NCBI GenBank assembly: GCA_951406725.2
Contig: OX597836.1
Coordinates: forward strand, 34,100,001 to 34,164,000
Direction of reading: 5' to 3'
From: Octopus vulgaris
Lineage: Eukaryota
DNA: 64,000 bases
Every line of letters starts with the position of its first letter. The stretch's first letter is position 1. Position numbers and translations under genes: made by a program. Below are positions 15,575 through 30,848 of this stretch, piece after piece. The notes under the pieces were generated by a model. That model made no database searches and was not told where the DNA came from. It was given only the letters and a program-made list of their open reading frames with translations.

Positions 15575-15990
15575 TTCATCGTGGTCATCATCATCATCAT
15601 CATCATCATCATTGCCGCCACCATCGTCGTTATCATTATCATCATTATCATTGACGTCAACATGACTCTCGTCATCATCGTCGCCGTCGTCGTCCCCCTC
15701 CTCCTCCTCCTCATCATCATCATCATCGGCATCGTGGTCGTTATCAGCGTGATTATGATCATCATTATCATCATTATCATCATCATGTTCATCACCATCA
15801 TCACCATCATCACCATCATCACCACCACCATCACCACCACCACAACTATCATTGTCAGCATTATCATCAACATCGTCATCATCATGTGATCATCATCATA
15901 ATCATCATCATCTTCATCATCATCATCACCACCACCACCACAACTATCATCATCATCATCATCATCAACATCGTCATCATCGTCGTTGTT
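15575..15990. repeat. Degenerate (ATC/ACC)n array
   Basis: Visible tandem repeat. Confidence 0.9.
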
Positions 15991-16717
15991 GTACATAAAC
16001 ATTCCAGCTTCACCTTGAATTTTATTTTGCAGTCAAAATTTCATAAAGACCGAAATTGCGTGCAAGTCCATAAAATGGGCCGGCCTTGAGTTTTTCTTTT
16101 TGTTTTTTTTTTTTGAGGTGGGGTGCTTAGATATAATCTACCATCCTTGTTTCGCTGGGTCTGGTTGGAGCCTCTGATGGATTTAAGCATTTAGGAAACC
16201 ATGATAGGGGTTCTGAGGATAACTAGCTCATATTGCCTAACAGTCTCGGGTACCCCTAAGCACCCGAGAAGGCACAGTGACGAGATGAGGGGAGGGGCAC
16301 TTACCTATCTCCTCTGATAACTGATGATAAAGATTAAAAAAAAAACTGTTGTTGTTCTTGCTGACAATGATGAAGATGACAATGATGATGATGATGATGG
16401 CGATGATGATGATGGTTATGCTCGCGCCTCCCACTAAGCAGGGTGTTTCACAGTGCAAACTTAACAAAACCAAGTTTTCTTAAATTTCTTATCTATCTAT
16501 TAATCTATCTATCTATTTATCTGTTTCATACCAAAACAATAAACTGATAACTCTATGTACACAAACATACACTCGCACACACACAAACAAACATTCCCAC
16601 GAACAAACACACACACGAACACACATATTATACATACACAGATATACATATATATGTATATATATATATATATATATATAAATATATACGTATATATGTA
16701 TATATATAAATATATAC

Positions 16718-16757
<40 letters not shown>

Positions 16758-16957
16758 TTATGTATATATATGTATATATGTATATGTATACATATATATA
16801 TGTAAATATTTATATGCGTATATATATATATATATATATATATGCATATATGTATGTATATGTGTATACGTATGTATATATATATATATATGTATTATAT
16901 ATATGTATACATATATATATATATACATGAAAATGTATGTAAATATATATATGTATG

Positions 16958-17017
<60 letters not shown>

Positions 17018-17973
17018 TATGTATGTATATGCACATACACACACATATATATATATATGTATACACACACACATATATATATATACCTATGTATTTATTC
17101 ATTCATCCATACATATCTACACACATACACACATGCGATAGTTGTTGTATACACGTTACATAATCGCCCTTGCAGATCTCACGGTGTCTATAACCGCCGG
17201 ACCCGTTTGTATATCGCAGAATTGCTAACAGCAGCCGTTGATATGCTTAGCCCTGGGTGGCGGCTTCGAAAGAAACAACAGCCAAGTCAACAAGGCTGTC
17301 AGAATAAACATTAACAGCAGTGGCAACAACAATAATCACAAAAACAACAATAACAATAATAACAACAACAACAAATACAGCAATATTGAGAAGGCAACAC
17401 ACGCAGTGTGTATGGCGTGTTTATGTATGTATGTATGTATGTATGTATGTATGTATATATGTATGTATGTATGCGTGTATGGTGTGTGTATGTATGTATG
17501 TATGTATGTATGTATGTATGTATGTGTGTGTATGTATGTATGTATATATATATATATGTACGTATGTATGTATGTATATATATATGTATATATATATGTA
17601 CGTATATATGTATGTATATATATATATGTACGTATGTATGTATGTATGTATAAGTAAGACAAAGATATGTACAGGAGCACAAACGAACGTATGCATTTAT
17701 GTGAATGTGTGTGTGTGAGAATTTTATATGGCAACATATATAATGTGTGTATATATATATATGTATATATATACACACATGTGCATATGCACATACACTT
17801 ATGTATATATGGGTATATACTTATATATATATATATGTGTGTATGTGTGTGTATATTATACAAATACACATTTATATGCATAAACTACATATGTCCTTGC
17901 ACATATGTATGCATGTATAAGTATATATATATATACATATACATATATATGTATATATACGTATATATGTATA

Positions 17974-18024
<51 letters not shown>

Positions 18025-18123
18025 GTATATATATATATGTATGTATAAAAATAGTCATTTACATATTTATATGTATATATATGCATATATATATAAATAA
18101 TCATTTATATATTTATATACATA

Positions 18124-18301
18124 TTTGTCTGCCGTTACGTTCTGGGTTCAAATTCCGCCGAGGTCGACTTTGCCTTTCATCATTTCGGGGTCGATAAATT
18201 AATTACCAGTTACGCACTGGGGTCGATGTAATCGACTTAATCCCTTTGTCTGTCCTTGATTGTCCTCTCTATGTTTAGCCCCTTGTGGGTAATAAAGAAA
18301 C
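18124..18301 (+). mobile_element. SINE family A, 5'-truncated
   Basis: Matches ~12355-12531. Confidence 0.9.
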
Positions 18302-18365
18302 ATATATATTTATACATATATCCATATATATATATATATATATATAAATATATATATACACATAC

Positions 18366-18426
<61 letters not shown>

Positions 18427-18777
18427 CAAACACATACACACACAGGCACACACACATACACATACGCGCACATACATACATATATATGCATGCACAATCA
18501 CAAACATAATTATGCACTCACAGATACAACAAATTAACTGCCAGACGGACAATGTTAAATAAACACTAAAATAGATACACACATATATACATACGCACCA
18601 TCATCTATACACATGTATGTATAACGAAGAATATCATTTAACATACATGCATGCGCGAATTTATTTTTGTTTCTTACATATAAATAAGCTTTTAAATGCA
18701 TGTATATATATATGTATATATATATATATACGTACATACATACATACATACATACATACATACATACATACATACAT

Positions 18778-18868
<91 letters not shown>

Positions 18869-19199
18869 TATACCCTATTTGAAAGTCTAAACGCGCATAT
18901 ATATATATATATTTATATATATAGTTTACATGCATTCACATACTCATGTATGCGTACCTCTGTATGCTGTATATATATTGAGAGAGAGAGAGAGAGAAGT
19001 GATAGATAGATAGATAGATAGATAGATGTGTGTGTAAAGATATGCATGTACATTCGTACGTTATATACATGTATCTTTGTATATACATATATTCATACAA
19101 ATACACATATACGCATACACACACACCTTTATATATGCGCATATACATACACACATATACACATATGTTACGAGTACAGAAAAGGAATGACGTCATACC

Positions 19200-19690
19200 A
19201 CAAGGGGGAACCGCGGTAGAGTTTTGGGAATTGTTTCCGGAGGCTTAATAAAAGCCTTTGTCCACAGTGCAAGATTATCTCAAAGCGGATTGGTAAAGTG
19301 TATATGGAAGGGAACTGGGTACGACAGAAGGGGAATAATCCTGCAACATGATAATGCAAGGCTAGATACAGAGAAAAATAATCCAAGACACGATGAATCC
19401 ATTTAGTTGTAAAGCTCAGCCATTTTTCCTCGCTCTCCAGGTCTAGCGCTTCTCCGTAACTTTTTTCCCTTGTTCAGGTCACTTGATCACTTTACTAGAG
19501 GAAAATCATTCATAATCAGGGACCATGAAGAATCGGCAGTCCAAGCATTCTTTTATTTTCTATAAAGGTTATTCCTTTTGCCTGAGGAATCAGAAAACTG
19601 GTTTCGTTTCGTTGGTGGAAGATATTGCTGACATCAGTGATTCTGTTTTCAATGAATAAACAAATTCACATTTTGCTCTATGATTATCTG
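19200..19690 (+). mobile_element. Decayed mariner transposase C-terminal fragment
   Basis: RRGIILQHDNAR (HDNARPH motif), PRSPGLA..FPLFRSLDHFTRGKSF (YSPDLAPSD..LFRSL-like), GIRKLV..RW. Frameshifted. Confidence 0.8.
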
Positions 19691-19755
19691 ATGTCAATGC
19701 ATGTAATGCGGCATTAATATTCGATACCTCATATATATATTTATATATGTATGTA

Positions 19756-19802
<47 letters not shown>

Positions 19803-19850
19803 TTATGTATTATGTATGTATTTATGTATGTATGTATGTATTTATGTATG

Positions 19851-19931
<81 letters not shown>

Positions 19932-20026
19932 ATGTATGTATGTATATATATATGTATATATATATATCTGTATGTATTTATGTATGTATGTATGTATTTA
20001 TGTATGTATATATATATATATGTATG

Positions 20027-20071
<45 letters not shown>

Positions 20072-20076
20072 GTAGA

Positions 20077-20140
<64 letters not shown>

Positions 20141-21009
20141 TATATATATATACACCTTTTTCGACGTTCAAAAGCTTGTTTGAAATCCGCTTATGCATCT
20201 GTTTGTCATACAAAGATCCTGGTCGCTGTCGCAGTTTCTGTGTAGGTAGCAACTACCCATTGCAACCGGTTTCAATAACGATAATTTACGCACGAAATGG
20301 CTTTTATTTGTCAGAGAAAGAGGCCACATTAAGCTGAAGAATACCGGTTTTAGGGTTCATGGCTCAAAAAGAAATTGCTAGTTGAACGATAGAACTGATA
20401 CAACTTCAGGATAAAATGCTTTGCAGTATTCCTTTGGCCCCTTTACGGTTTGCGTACAAAGTCTTACGAATCCGACTTTACCTTTCATTCTTTCCGCGTC
20501 GATAAGTAACACTTGAGAATATGTTTTATTTGAGATTGGGTCGATGAAATATTCTCAATTTTCATATTGAAAAGTGCTGGCCTTGTGCCAAAATTGGAAA
20601 CATCGCTATGTGAACGTCATGTTGCAGAAAGTTTTAACTGAAATCATCGCTGTTTATCACAGAGACAAAAGCACGAGCAATGATGTGGATATAAAGAAAC
20701 ACACCTGAGTTTGGTTTACAAATCAAGCGAAAGGGCCTGAACGAAATCATACATACATACATACATACATACATACATACATACATACATACATACATAC
20801 ATACATACATACATACACAGCAGTGTGACTCAAGGGCCGACAGTTTCGAACGTTAGCACTTAGCAAACTCTCGGCCCTTGTCTCTGTTACTTCTGCTAAA
20901 TGTTAATTAATGAATATATAAATATATACACATATTCTTATTTTTTTTGTAGACGTGTGTTTTTATATTATATGTGTATGTTTGTATGCATATATATATA
21001 TATACTTGT

Positions 21010-21048
<39 letters not shown>

Positions 21049-21086
21049 CATACATATATATATATATATACATATATATATTTATA

Positions 21087-21139
<53 letters not shown>

Positions 21140-21149
21140 TATGAAGATA

Positions 21150-21220
21150 GACGCTGGCGTTGCACCTTAGGTAGGTGTCTTCTACAATAACCTTGTGAGT
21201 GGAGACTAAAAGAAGCTCGT

Positions 21221-21283
<63 letters not shown>

Positions 21284-21535
21284 GTGTGTGTGTGTGTGTG
21301 TATGTATCTTTGTGTGTGTTCCTTTGTGTCTGTGTTTGTCCCCCATTACCGCTTGACAACAGGTGTTGGTGCGTTTACCATAAATTAGCATTTCGGCAAA
21401 ATAGTTCGCTAAAATAATTACTTGGCTTTAAGAAAAATAAGTAAATCCCGGGCTCGATTTGTCTGACTAAAACCCTTCAAGGTGGTATGCTCTAGCCAGG
21501 CCGCAGTCAACTGACTGAAACAAATAAATGAATAA
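21150..21535 (+). mobile_element. SINE family B, 5'-truncated and diverged
   Basis: Similar to 52490-52850. Confidence 0.8.
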
Positions 21536-21629
21536 AGCAATGCACACACACACACACACACACACACTATATATATATATATAAACTTACTTGGAGAAAA
21601 GAAACGAAACGACGCGACGGCGCTCAGTC

Positions 21630-21708
21630 ATATAATAATTTAATAAATAAAATATATGCATACATACATACATATATGTACGTACCTACATCTATATGTA
21701 TATATACA

Positions 21709-21750
<42 letters not shown>

Positions 21751-22075
21751 TACAGGACACCAAAAATAAACGTAGAACACAACGAGAAACGAAAACATAA
21801 AAACAAACTAGGAAACAGACTTTTTTTAACAACGAAAAAAAACAGAGTACAAGACAAACAATACAAGGAATATTCCCCTTTATCAGCTGTCCCTGGTTCG
21901 ACTCAATGCGTGTTTCGAAGGTAAGGACAGAACACGATCCGGTCGAAGCAGTCTTCCTGCAAAAGAATTAAATAAAATTCTTTTGCAGAGGGGTAAAACA
22001 AGGAAAGAAAAAAATGTGACAAGAACAGGACGTAAAAGCAATACAAATAAATAAAAATACAGTACACATAAAGAA
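21630..22075 (-). repeat. Interspersed repeat family D
   Basis: 21630-21895 is the reverse complement of 63425-63655 (GTACAGGACACC..AAATAAACGTAGAACACAACGAGAAACG...GGAATATTC). Confidence 0.8.
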
Positions 22076-22147
22076 TAGAGAGAGAGAGAGAGAAATGATA
22101 GTTATTTTGAATGTGTGTGAATATATACATATATATGTATATATATA

Positions 22148-22312
<165 letters not shown>

Positions 22313-22991
22313 CTGCATAAGTAAATGTGTATCCACTTTAAGACATTCTATCAAAAAGCAATCAGAAATCCAAAGATTCTTGTGAGAATCTCGGGGAAAT
22401 AATAAAATCCTAATTTTGAATACCGATGGAAAAAGATAAGTAGAACGATAGTGCGAGAAGGAAGGGGGGGAGCAGCGAGAGGATAGAGATGGTATATACG
22501 GCAACAATCCTCCATTCAACGGGGTGGCGAATGCCCCACCCTCTATTTCTAGGAGCACCATCGCCAGCACCGCCGTGGCTCTACCAGCATCGCATCTTGT
22601 ATCTGAAATGTAACAGTTTAACGTGCGGCATTGCAGACATGCACGAACATAACCGTTGGAGAATTTTATATGGCAACATTTTCTCTCTCTCTTTCTCTCT
22701 CTCTCTTTTCCTCTCTCTCTCTCTCTTCTTCTCTACCTCTTCCCGCTTTCTGTCTCTCTGTTTGTTTCACTCTTTCTCTCTTTCTCTCGCCCTCCCACTC
22801 TTTCACTTTCTCTTTCTTCGTTATGTTTCTTTTAAATCGAAATATAAATATCCTACTCGTACACTCATGTACAAACGCATATGCATATGCAGATACACAT
22901 GTATATTTGTATGTATAATGATATTAATAATAATAATAATAATAAAAGTAATAATAATAACAACAACAACAACAACAACAGCAACAACAAC

Positions 22992-23023
<32 letters not shown>

Positions 23024-23048
23024 CTATAATAATAATAATAATAATGAC

Positions 23049-23186
<138 letters not shown>

Positions 23187-23225
23187 CACAACAATAATGG
23201 CAATAATAACAAGTAATAATAATAT

Positions 23226-23779
23226 GCCCTGATGCAGTACGAGGCAGTGGCTCTCATGGCTTCTGATCTTAACTGATTGCAAGTGTTATCATGTACATTG
23301 TTTTGTCTTGGTATAAAAGATGGGCTACAGCAAATATTCTGCTCAATACCACAGATTTGCTTGTCAGTTGTTTGACTTTAACCAGTTGAGCATGTCCCTT
23401 AGTGGCTGACGATATGTGCATCTCTGATCACGAGCAGAAGTAGTGGGGGAGCATCATAGTCATGTGTTGAGAGGGATTCTTTGGGGTTTGAATAATTCAC
23501 CTCTGGAAACATGGGTGGTTCTTTCAACATCCTTAAACAACCCTTATTCAGGGACCTTTTGAGCGGGATGGGCTACTCAACCTGAAGAAAATTCTAACTG
23601 GGCCCCACCTGCAAGGTCATATGCTGTTTATCTTGATATGAGATCACCATGTCGCGCACATATGGTTGTGATGCATGTGCTTGGTGTACCCTTATCAGAC
23701 GGGTAGTCATGATGGGTATATTGGGCTTCGTATATTTTACCCCAGTGTCACTTTGATGGCATGCACTGCTCTCTCACTC
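23226..23779 (+). mobile_element. Non-coding ~550 bp insert within (AAT)n; possible LINE 3' UTR or non-autonomous element
   Basis: Complex sequence bounded on both sides by pure (AAT)n, like the R4/Dong fragments nearby. Strand is a guess. Confidence 0.45.
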
Positions 23780-23940
23780 AATAATAATAATAATAAGAAG
23801 AAGAAGACGAAGAAGCTGAAGATGATGATGAAGAAGAAGAAGAAGAAGAAGAACAAGAAGAAGAAGATGATGATGATGATGATGAAGAAGAAGAAGAAAA
23901 TGATGATGAAGAAGATGATGATGATGATGAAGAAGAAGAA

Positions 23941-23976
<36 letters not shown>

Positions 23977-24140
23977 GAAGAAGATGAAGAAGAAGAAGAT
24001 GAAGAAGAAGAAGAAGAAGATGATGATGATGATGATGATAAAGAAGAAGAAGAAGAAGAAAAAGAAGAAGAGAAAAAGAAGAAGAAGAAGAAGAAGAAGA
24101 AGAAGAAGAAGAAGAAGAAGAAGAAGAAGAAGAAGAAGAA
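23780..24140. repeat. (AAT)/(GAA)/(GAT) compound microsatellite
   Basis: Visible tandem repeats. Confidence 0.95.
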
Positions 24141-24817
24141 GAGCAAGCACTGAGAACAAATTACATAAAAATACAGAATAGACAACACATCAGAAAATGA
24201 TAAGTGCAGAATGTGTGGGCAAAATGGTGAAACTGTATGGTATATTTCCAGTCAATGTACGCCACTAACCCAGAAGGAACATAAGAGACGCCACGACAAT
24301 ATAGCAAGGATTGTCTATTGGACACTTTGCAACAAGTATGGACTTGAAAGAGCAAAACATTGTTACGACTGTAAACTCGAAGGCATCATCGAAAATGATA
24401 ATGCAAAGATTCTATGGGATTTTATAATTCAGTGCAACCAGGAGATAAGAAAGCCAGACGTAGTCTGAATTGAGAAAGAAAGCAATATGATATAGCATGC
24501 TCAGATATAGCATGCTCAGCTGACAAGAAGGTATGCGATAAGGAAGAAAGAAAAGTCGATAGAAATGACAGGTTAGCTTGGGAGGTTAAGCAGTTGTGGT
24601 CGCTTAAAAAGGTCGTAGTAGTACCAATAATTGTCGAAGCCCTGGGAACAGTGAGTAAAAATTTCAAGAAGTACGTGAAACAAATAGGGGCTACAATAAA
24701 TGGGGAGCACTGGCAGAAAACAGCACTGCTTGGAACCGCTCGAATACTCCGGATGGCGCCCGAAAAATATGGGGCGTCACCGTAGTACATCTCCAGCGTT
24801 AGAAGCTGTACAAAGGC
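24141..24817 (+). mobile_element. 3' fragment of an RLE-type non-LTR retrotransposon (R4/Dong clade)
   Basis: EQALRTNYIKYRID..KCRMCGQNGETVWYISSQC (degenerate CCHC knuckle), RRHDNIAR, ILWDF..RKPDVV (PD-(D/E)xK nuclease), VVPIIVEALGTV..KTALLGTARILR. Contains a stop and frameshifts; followed by (TAA)n. Confidence 0.88.
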
Positions 24818-24923
<106 letters not shown>

Positions 24924-25080
24924 TTAATAATAATAATAATAATAATAAAAAATAATAATAGTAATAATAATAATAATATTAATGATAATATAATAATAAT
25001 AATGATGATGATGATGATGATGATGATGATAGTAATAATAACAATAACAATAACAACAGCAACAACAATAATAATGTCAG

Positions 25081-25325
25081 AGTTGTGTCCTTGGGCAAGA
25101 CACTTTATTTCACGTTGCACCGATCATTCAGCTGGCAAAAATGTGTAGTACCTGTATTTCGAAGAGCCATCCCTGTCAGCCTCTGTGTCACACTGAATCT
25201 CCTTGAGAACTTCGCTAATGGTACACGTGTTTGTGGTCTGCTTAGCCATTTTAACGTTAAATTCATGAGCAGGCCGTTCCATTGATCAAAGCGACTGGAA
25301 ACCTTGGCGTCGTAACCGACGGAGT
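25081..25325 (+). mobile_element. SINE family C, 5'-truncated (H2 core + T1 tail)
   Basis: GTTGTGTCCTTGGGCAAGACACTTT...GTCGTAACCGACGGAGT. Confidence 0.85.
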
Positions 25326-25326
25326 A

Positions 25327-25371
<45 letters not shown>

Positions 25372-25435
25372 TACACACGTATCAGATATGGAAGCCAAAT
25401 ATCACTCGGACCACTTTCAACCTACATGAAAACGA

Positions 25436-25632
25436 TCATCGTCATTGTTCGACCGTGGTCGAGACAATGGAATTTACTATGTTACGCCAGACTTCACGGT
25501 CCATCATAGCATTACGGAGGTCCTGTTGCTGGATGCCTGTATTCCTGGGGATTACATCAGGGTAGGAGAGTGTGCGCCCTCTGGTATCGCGAGCAGATGG
25601 CTTCCAGAGGAGAAGAATAGAAATTGCCTCGT
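25436..25632 (-). mobile_element. 3' end of an RTE-type LINE
   Basis: Minus strand 25630-25442: EAISILLLWKPSARDTRGRTLSYPDVIPRNTGIQQQDLRNAMMDREVWRNIVNSIVSTTVEQ*, a typical RTE C-terminus (LLW.P..RGR...AM.DR..WR). Confidence 0.75.
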
Positions 25633-26311
25633 TTTCATGAAAACGAAGGCCAGACTGTTCAAAATGTAAAAAGTGTTATGGTGGTAACAGCAAGGTATTT
25701 ATTCGAAAGGTCTGATCTGAAATAAACTACACCAACGCATATAATGCACTGATAGTCAAACATGGACGGTGACTTTCCTTTCCTAAACGGCTAATACTTA
25801 AGCACTTCTCATTTTAATATCTTAACACAAATAAGGATGTAAAAGCAGATATCCTTAGTGACCTTTGAGTGTAAGTTTTTTAAAAGATTCAGGGACATAT
25901 TCAAGCAATATATATGGAAAAAGCTCTCATCTCTATTTAAACAATACTGCGATGTGTGAATTTATCTTGTAACAAATATACAAACACCACAAAACTCGCA
26001 TATTTCAGCGGCGCCTGCGTTACCCATGCTGGCCGCAACATAAATAGAATGGTTTTCCAGACGCATTACTAAAATAATTAGTTTTGAAAGAAATCAAAGA
26101 TTCTTTTGCACGTATAGTTATTAATGGGTGATAGGTACCAGAGTAGATGAAAGATGTTTTCTCACATTCTCATAGAAAATGCAATATACGCTTTCAAGGT
26201 AATAAAAAGCCCCTTTGATAATACAGAAGTACTTTTTTGTAAGTTGTGCACAAAGGGTATGACACAAAGACGTACAAAAAAACGCATAGACATACACACA
26301 TACGAGCATCG

Positions 26312-26703
26312 CTATCTGTGCTTAACTGTGTGAATGTGTTACATACACACACACACACACACACAAACACACAGATATAGCTATGTATATATATGTATAT
26401 ATGAATATATGCATATATATATATATAGGTATATATATATATAGAGAGAGAGAGAGAGAAAGACACACGAATATACATACAGACATACATATATACATGC
26501 ATACATACACTATCTGTGCTTAACTGTGTGAATGTGTTACACACACACACACACACACAAACACATAGATTTAGCTATGTATATATATGTATATATGAAT
26601 ATATGCATATATATATATAAGTGTATATATATATATATAGAGAGAGAGAGAGAAAGACACACGAATACACATACAGACATACATATATACATACATACAT
26701 ACA
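26312..26703. repeat. Tandem duplication of a ~198 bp unit
   Basis: CTATCTGTGCTTAACTGTGTGAATGTGTTAC starts at both 26312 and 26510; downstream sequence is colinear. Confidence 0.9.
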
Positions 26704-26860
26704 CACACACACAGACACACACGCATACATACATATATATAGATATGTATAAATATATATAAAGATATGTATAGCAAAAAAATCCGCAGATATACAAAAA
26801 ATGTGCTGCAATAAATACATCACACACTCACATTCATATATGAATATGTACAGACATACC

Positions 26861-26903
<43 letters not shown>

Positions 26904-27189
26904 ACATAGAACCATACACATACAAACGCACAAGCACACACACACAGAGAATCATGAATGTGGAGATAAGTCTGAGGAACGCGGCGTCATGCTGTTGCCA
27001 ACCATTGTCTCTTTATATTCAAAATGGACGTGTCGGATGGGCGGCGCGTGGGAGTGGGGGTGCAGATTCTAAGTAGGACGAGACTTAGCCCCCCCTCCTC
27101 TCCTCGAAGAAGAATAAAAGACAGTACTAACACATTTACCATTATTAATAAAAAGTATTCCCAAATATATTACTTTTTCTGCTACTATC

Positions 27190-27284
27190 ATTACCACCAC
27201 CACCACCACCACCACCACCACCACCACCACCAAAAATTAGAATAATGATGATGATGATGATGATGATGAAAAGGAGGTGGAGGG

Positions 27285-27317
<33 letters not shown>

Positions 27318-27750
27318 TAAAAATAATAATAATGATGATGATGATAATAATACTAATAATGATAATAATGATAACAACAACATCAACAACAACAATAATA
27401 ATAATAATAATAAAAATGATGATGATGATAATAATAATAATGATCATAAAGATTATGATGATGATGATGATGATAATACTAATAATAATGCTAATAATGC
27501 TAATAATAATAATAATAATAATAATAAAAATAACAATAATAATAATAATAATAATAATAATGATAATAATAATAATAATAATAATAATGATAAAAATCAT
27601 AATAATAATAATAATAACAATAATATTAATATAATCACGATGATGATAATGAGGATAATAATAATGATGATAATGATGTTGATGATGATGATGTCGATGA
27701 TGATGATAATAATAACAACAACAACAATGAATGTAATAATGATGATAACG
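27190..27750. repeat. (ACC)/(AAT/GAT) compound microsatellite
   Basis: Visible tandem repeats. Confidence 0.95.
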
Positions 27751-28229
27751 CAAACATGATATCTGGTGGGTGGGGCCAGGGTGAGAATGGAAGGTAAAGG
27801 AGATGTGAGTGTGAGAGAGAGAAAGAGAGAGAGAAGGGTAGTATAACGGGTGTTGTCAGTAAGTAGATAATTGTTTTTTTGTGTGATTTATTCCAGCAAA
27901 TAGTTTCGTATTATCACAACTGATTATCTGATATCATTCGCGTTTATCACATCATTGTATGTAGGTACGCATGTTTATAGACACAAACACATACACACAT
28001 ACATATACACACACACATAAGCATATGACTGTACGTAAGTGTATACGTATATACATACATATATATATATATATGTCTGTTTGGTTATATATGTATATAT
28101 ACATGCACACACATATACACACACATTCACACACACACACACACACACATACACACATATATATATATGAGTGTATGTATGTGTATACGTATATATGTAT
28201 GTATAAATATATAAATACATATTCTTTTA

Positions 28230-28510
28230 ATCTTTTACTTGTTTCAGTCATTTGACTGCAGCCATGCTGGAGCACCGCCTTTAGTCGAGCAAGTCGACAC
28301 CAGGACTTAATCTTTTGCCGAACCGCTAAGTTACGGGGACGTAAGCACAAGCGACGTTGGGGGACAAACATATACACACACCTACGTATATATACTTTTT
28401 TCCAGTTTCCGTCAACCGAATCCACTTACAAGGCTTTGGTCGGCCCATGGTGCCACGCAGTGAGACTGAACCCGGAACCAAGCTACTTACCACACAGCCA
28501 CGCCTTGCGC
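28230..28510 (-). mobile_element. SINE family B, internally deleted
   Basis: Matches segments of 52432-52850 in reverse. Confidence 0.8.
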
Positions 28511-28910
28511 CTATATAAGTGCGAGAATATTAACATACATAATCAGTTTAGACGTGTATAAACAGTGATCTTATATAACATGCACACACGACATGTTGAG
28601 GCAGAATTACAAATGCACACACAGATTCACACACTCATACACACACACATGCATGCAAATACATATTGTGTGTTGCGCCTTGGTTATTCAGAATAGAGGA
28701 CGCTTAAAAGATAACATTTTATCTCTCATCCATCGGACCGTCCCTCAATGTCTGACTATTTCTGTCTGTGTCAGTCTGTGTCAGTCTGAGCCTGTGTCTG
28801 TCTGTTTGTCTATCTGTCTGTCTGCCTCTTTGTCATTGTCAGTTTTTTCTCTTGCATGCGCATGGGTTTATATATAAATACATACACAAGCATTCATATG
28901 CATGTATAAT

Positions 28911-28955
<45 letters not shown>

Positions 28956-29350
28956 CACGCGGTTGTGTATCTGCGTGCGTATAGGAAAAATAAGGTTGAA
29001 AAATGCCAAAGTTATATATCTATACATATGTATACATCTATGTATATGTATGTATATATATGCATAAATATGTATATATATGTATATATATGTATATGCA
29101 TATATATGTATATATATGTATTTATATATGTATATGTAGCATATGTATACATATATATCTATATATATGCATATATATGTATATATATGTATATATATAT
29201 ATGTATATATATATGTATATGTATGTATATGCATGTATATATATATATGTATATATGTGTATATATATATCTACGTATATATACATATATGTATATATAC
29301 GTATATGTATACATATATGTATTAGTTTAACGCTCGGGAAGTGAAAAAGT

Positions 29351-29386
29351 CCTTAACGTTTCGAGCTTGCGCTCTTCCAAAGAAAG
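29351..29386 (-). ncRNA. Degenerate hammerhead-like motif, GAGC/GCTC family
   Basis: Minus strand: CTTT-CTTTGGA-A-GAGC-GCAA-GCTC-GAAACGTT-AAGG. Confidence 0.4.
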
Positions 29387-29419
29387 TAACACAGAAAGAA
29401 ACAAGGAGAGAAAATAAAG

Positions 29420-29628
29420 AGGTCCCCCATAAGTACCTCTCAACAAACGGTGTTGGTGTGTTTATATCCCCATTACTTAGCAGTTCAGCAAAAGAGACTG
29501 ATAGAATAAGTACAAGGCTTAAGAAAACAAAGTACTGGCGGTTGATTCATTCAACTAAAATTCTTCAAGGTGGTGCCCCAGCATGGCCACAGTCTGATGA
29601 TTGAAACAAGTAAAAGATAAAAGATAAA
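29420..29628 (+). mobile_element. SINE family B 3' half
   Basis: Matches 52650-52845. Confidence 0.8.
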
Positions 29629-29719
29629 AATGTATATATTTGTATATGTCTATATATACATATAAATATACACATATATATGTGTACATATATGTATATA
29701 CATATATATACATACATGC

Positions 29720-29782
<63 letters not shown>

Positions 29783-29798
29783 TATATATGCATATACA

Positions 29799-29829
<31 letters not shown>

Positions 29830-29869
29830 GTATATATCTATGTATATATCTCTGTGTGTATATATATAC

Positions 29870-29946
<77 letters not shown>

Positions 29947-30385
29947 TGTATATATATATATATGTATATGCATATATACGTACATACGAGTGAACAAAAG
30001 AAATAAAAAGCCACTGAACGCATTTACTAAGAGTTACATGTAATTTGATTCGGCTGTATGTGACTTAAAGTTTCGCAGGCTTTTTACGGAAACCCAGCTC
30101 GTTCACGTTCATATTACCGAATGGAGAAGTACAGGATGTTCAAGATGTGTAGTGGAAGCCCAAGATGGCTACTGGAAAATGGGCCGCTATTGGCCAAAGT
30201 AAGTCACTCGGTGTCGCTAGAAGTGAGACCGGTGTTGCAGCAGCACCAGATGCATTAGTCGGAGGAATTTCTTGAACCGCGTAGACAAACAGGAAGTTGC
30301 TTGTTTCCTGGTGCCTGGCAGTGGCCGACAGCAGTAATACCGGTGCGGTTGTGTGTCTGGGTCTATCAGATGCATTAGTGCGTGG

Positions 30386-30442
<57 letters not shown>

Positions 30443-30848
30443 TGTGTGTGTAAATAAAAACTGTTTTTTATATACGAGGTAAATATTTTATATATTTACG
30501 TATATATCAAAATAATGATACAAAATTATATTTTCACAGATTCAAATTACACTTTTGCTATAAAAATATTAGCATATGTTTTCACGAGTGAGCTTTAGAT
30601 ATATACGCACAAGAAAAGAAAGAAAGAGAAGGAGAAAGAGAAAAAGAGAGGGAATCGAGAGAGGGGGGATAGAGCGAGAGAGAAAGAGAGAGGAGATAAT
30701 CTTCCTATAAAGTTTTCGTGCAGGGAAATTTTCATATCAACAAAATTTTCGTATAAAAAAAAAACATCTAATACATGAAACAACCGAAACAGGTTTTGCA
30801 GGAGAAGTAAAACCACATTTCTATGTCCGATTTTACGGTCGTTTTACA

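Noticed and set aside
21875-21925. Type-II hammerhead in family D (GAAAC upstream of CTGAT(G/A)A; also ~40684-40720 and 63423-63445)
   Set aside because: I could not form a convincing stem I, and no GAAA follows the downstream hairpin. A family consensus is needed.
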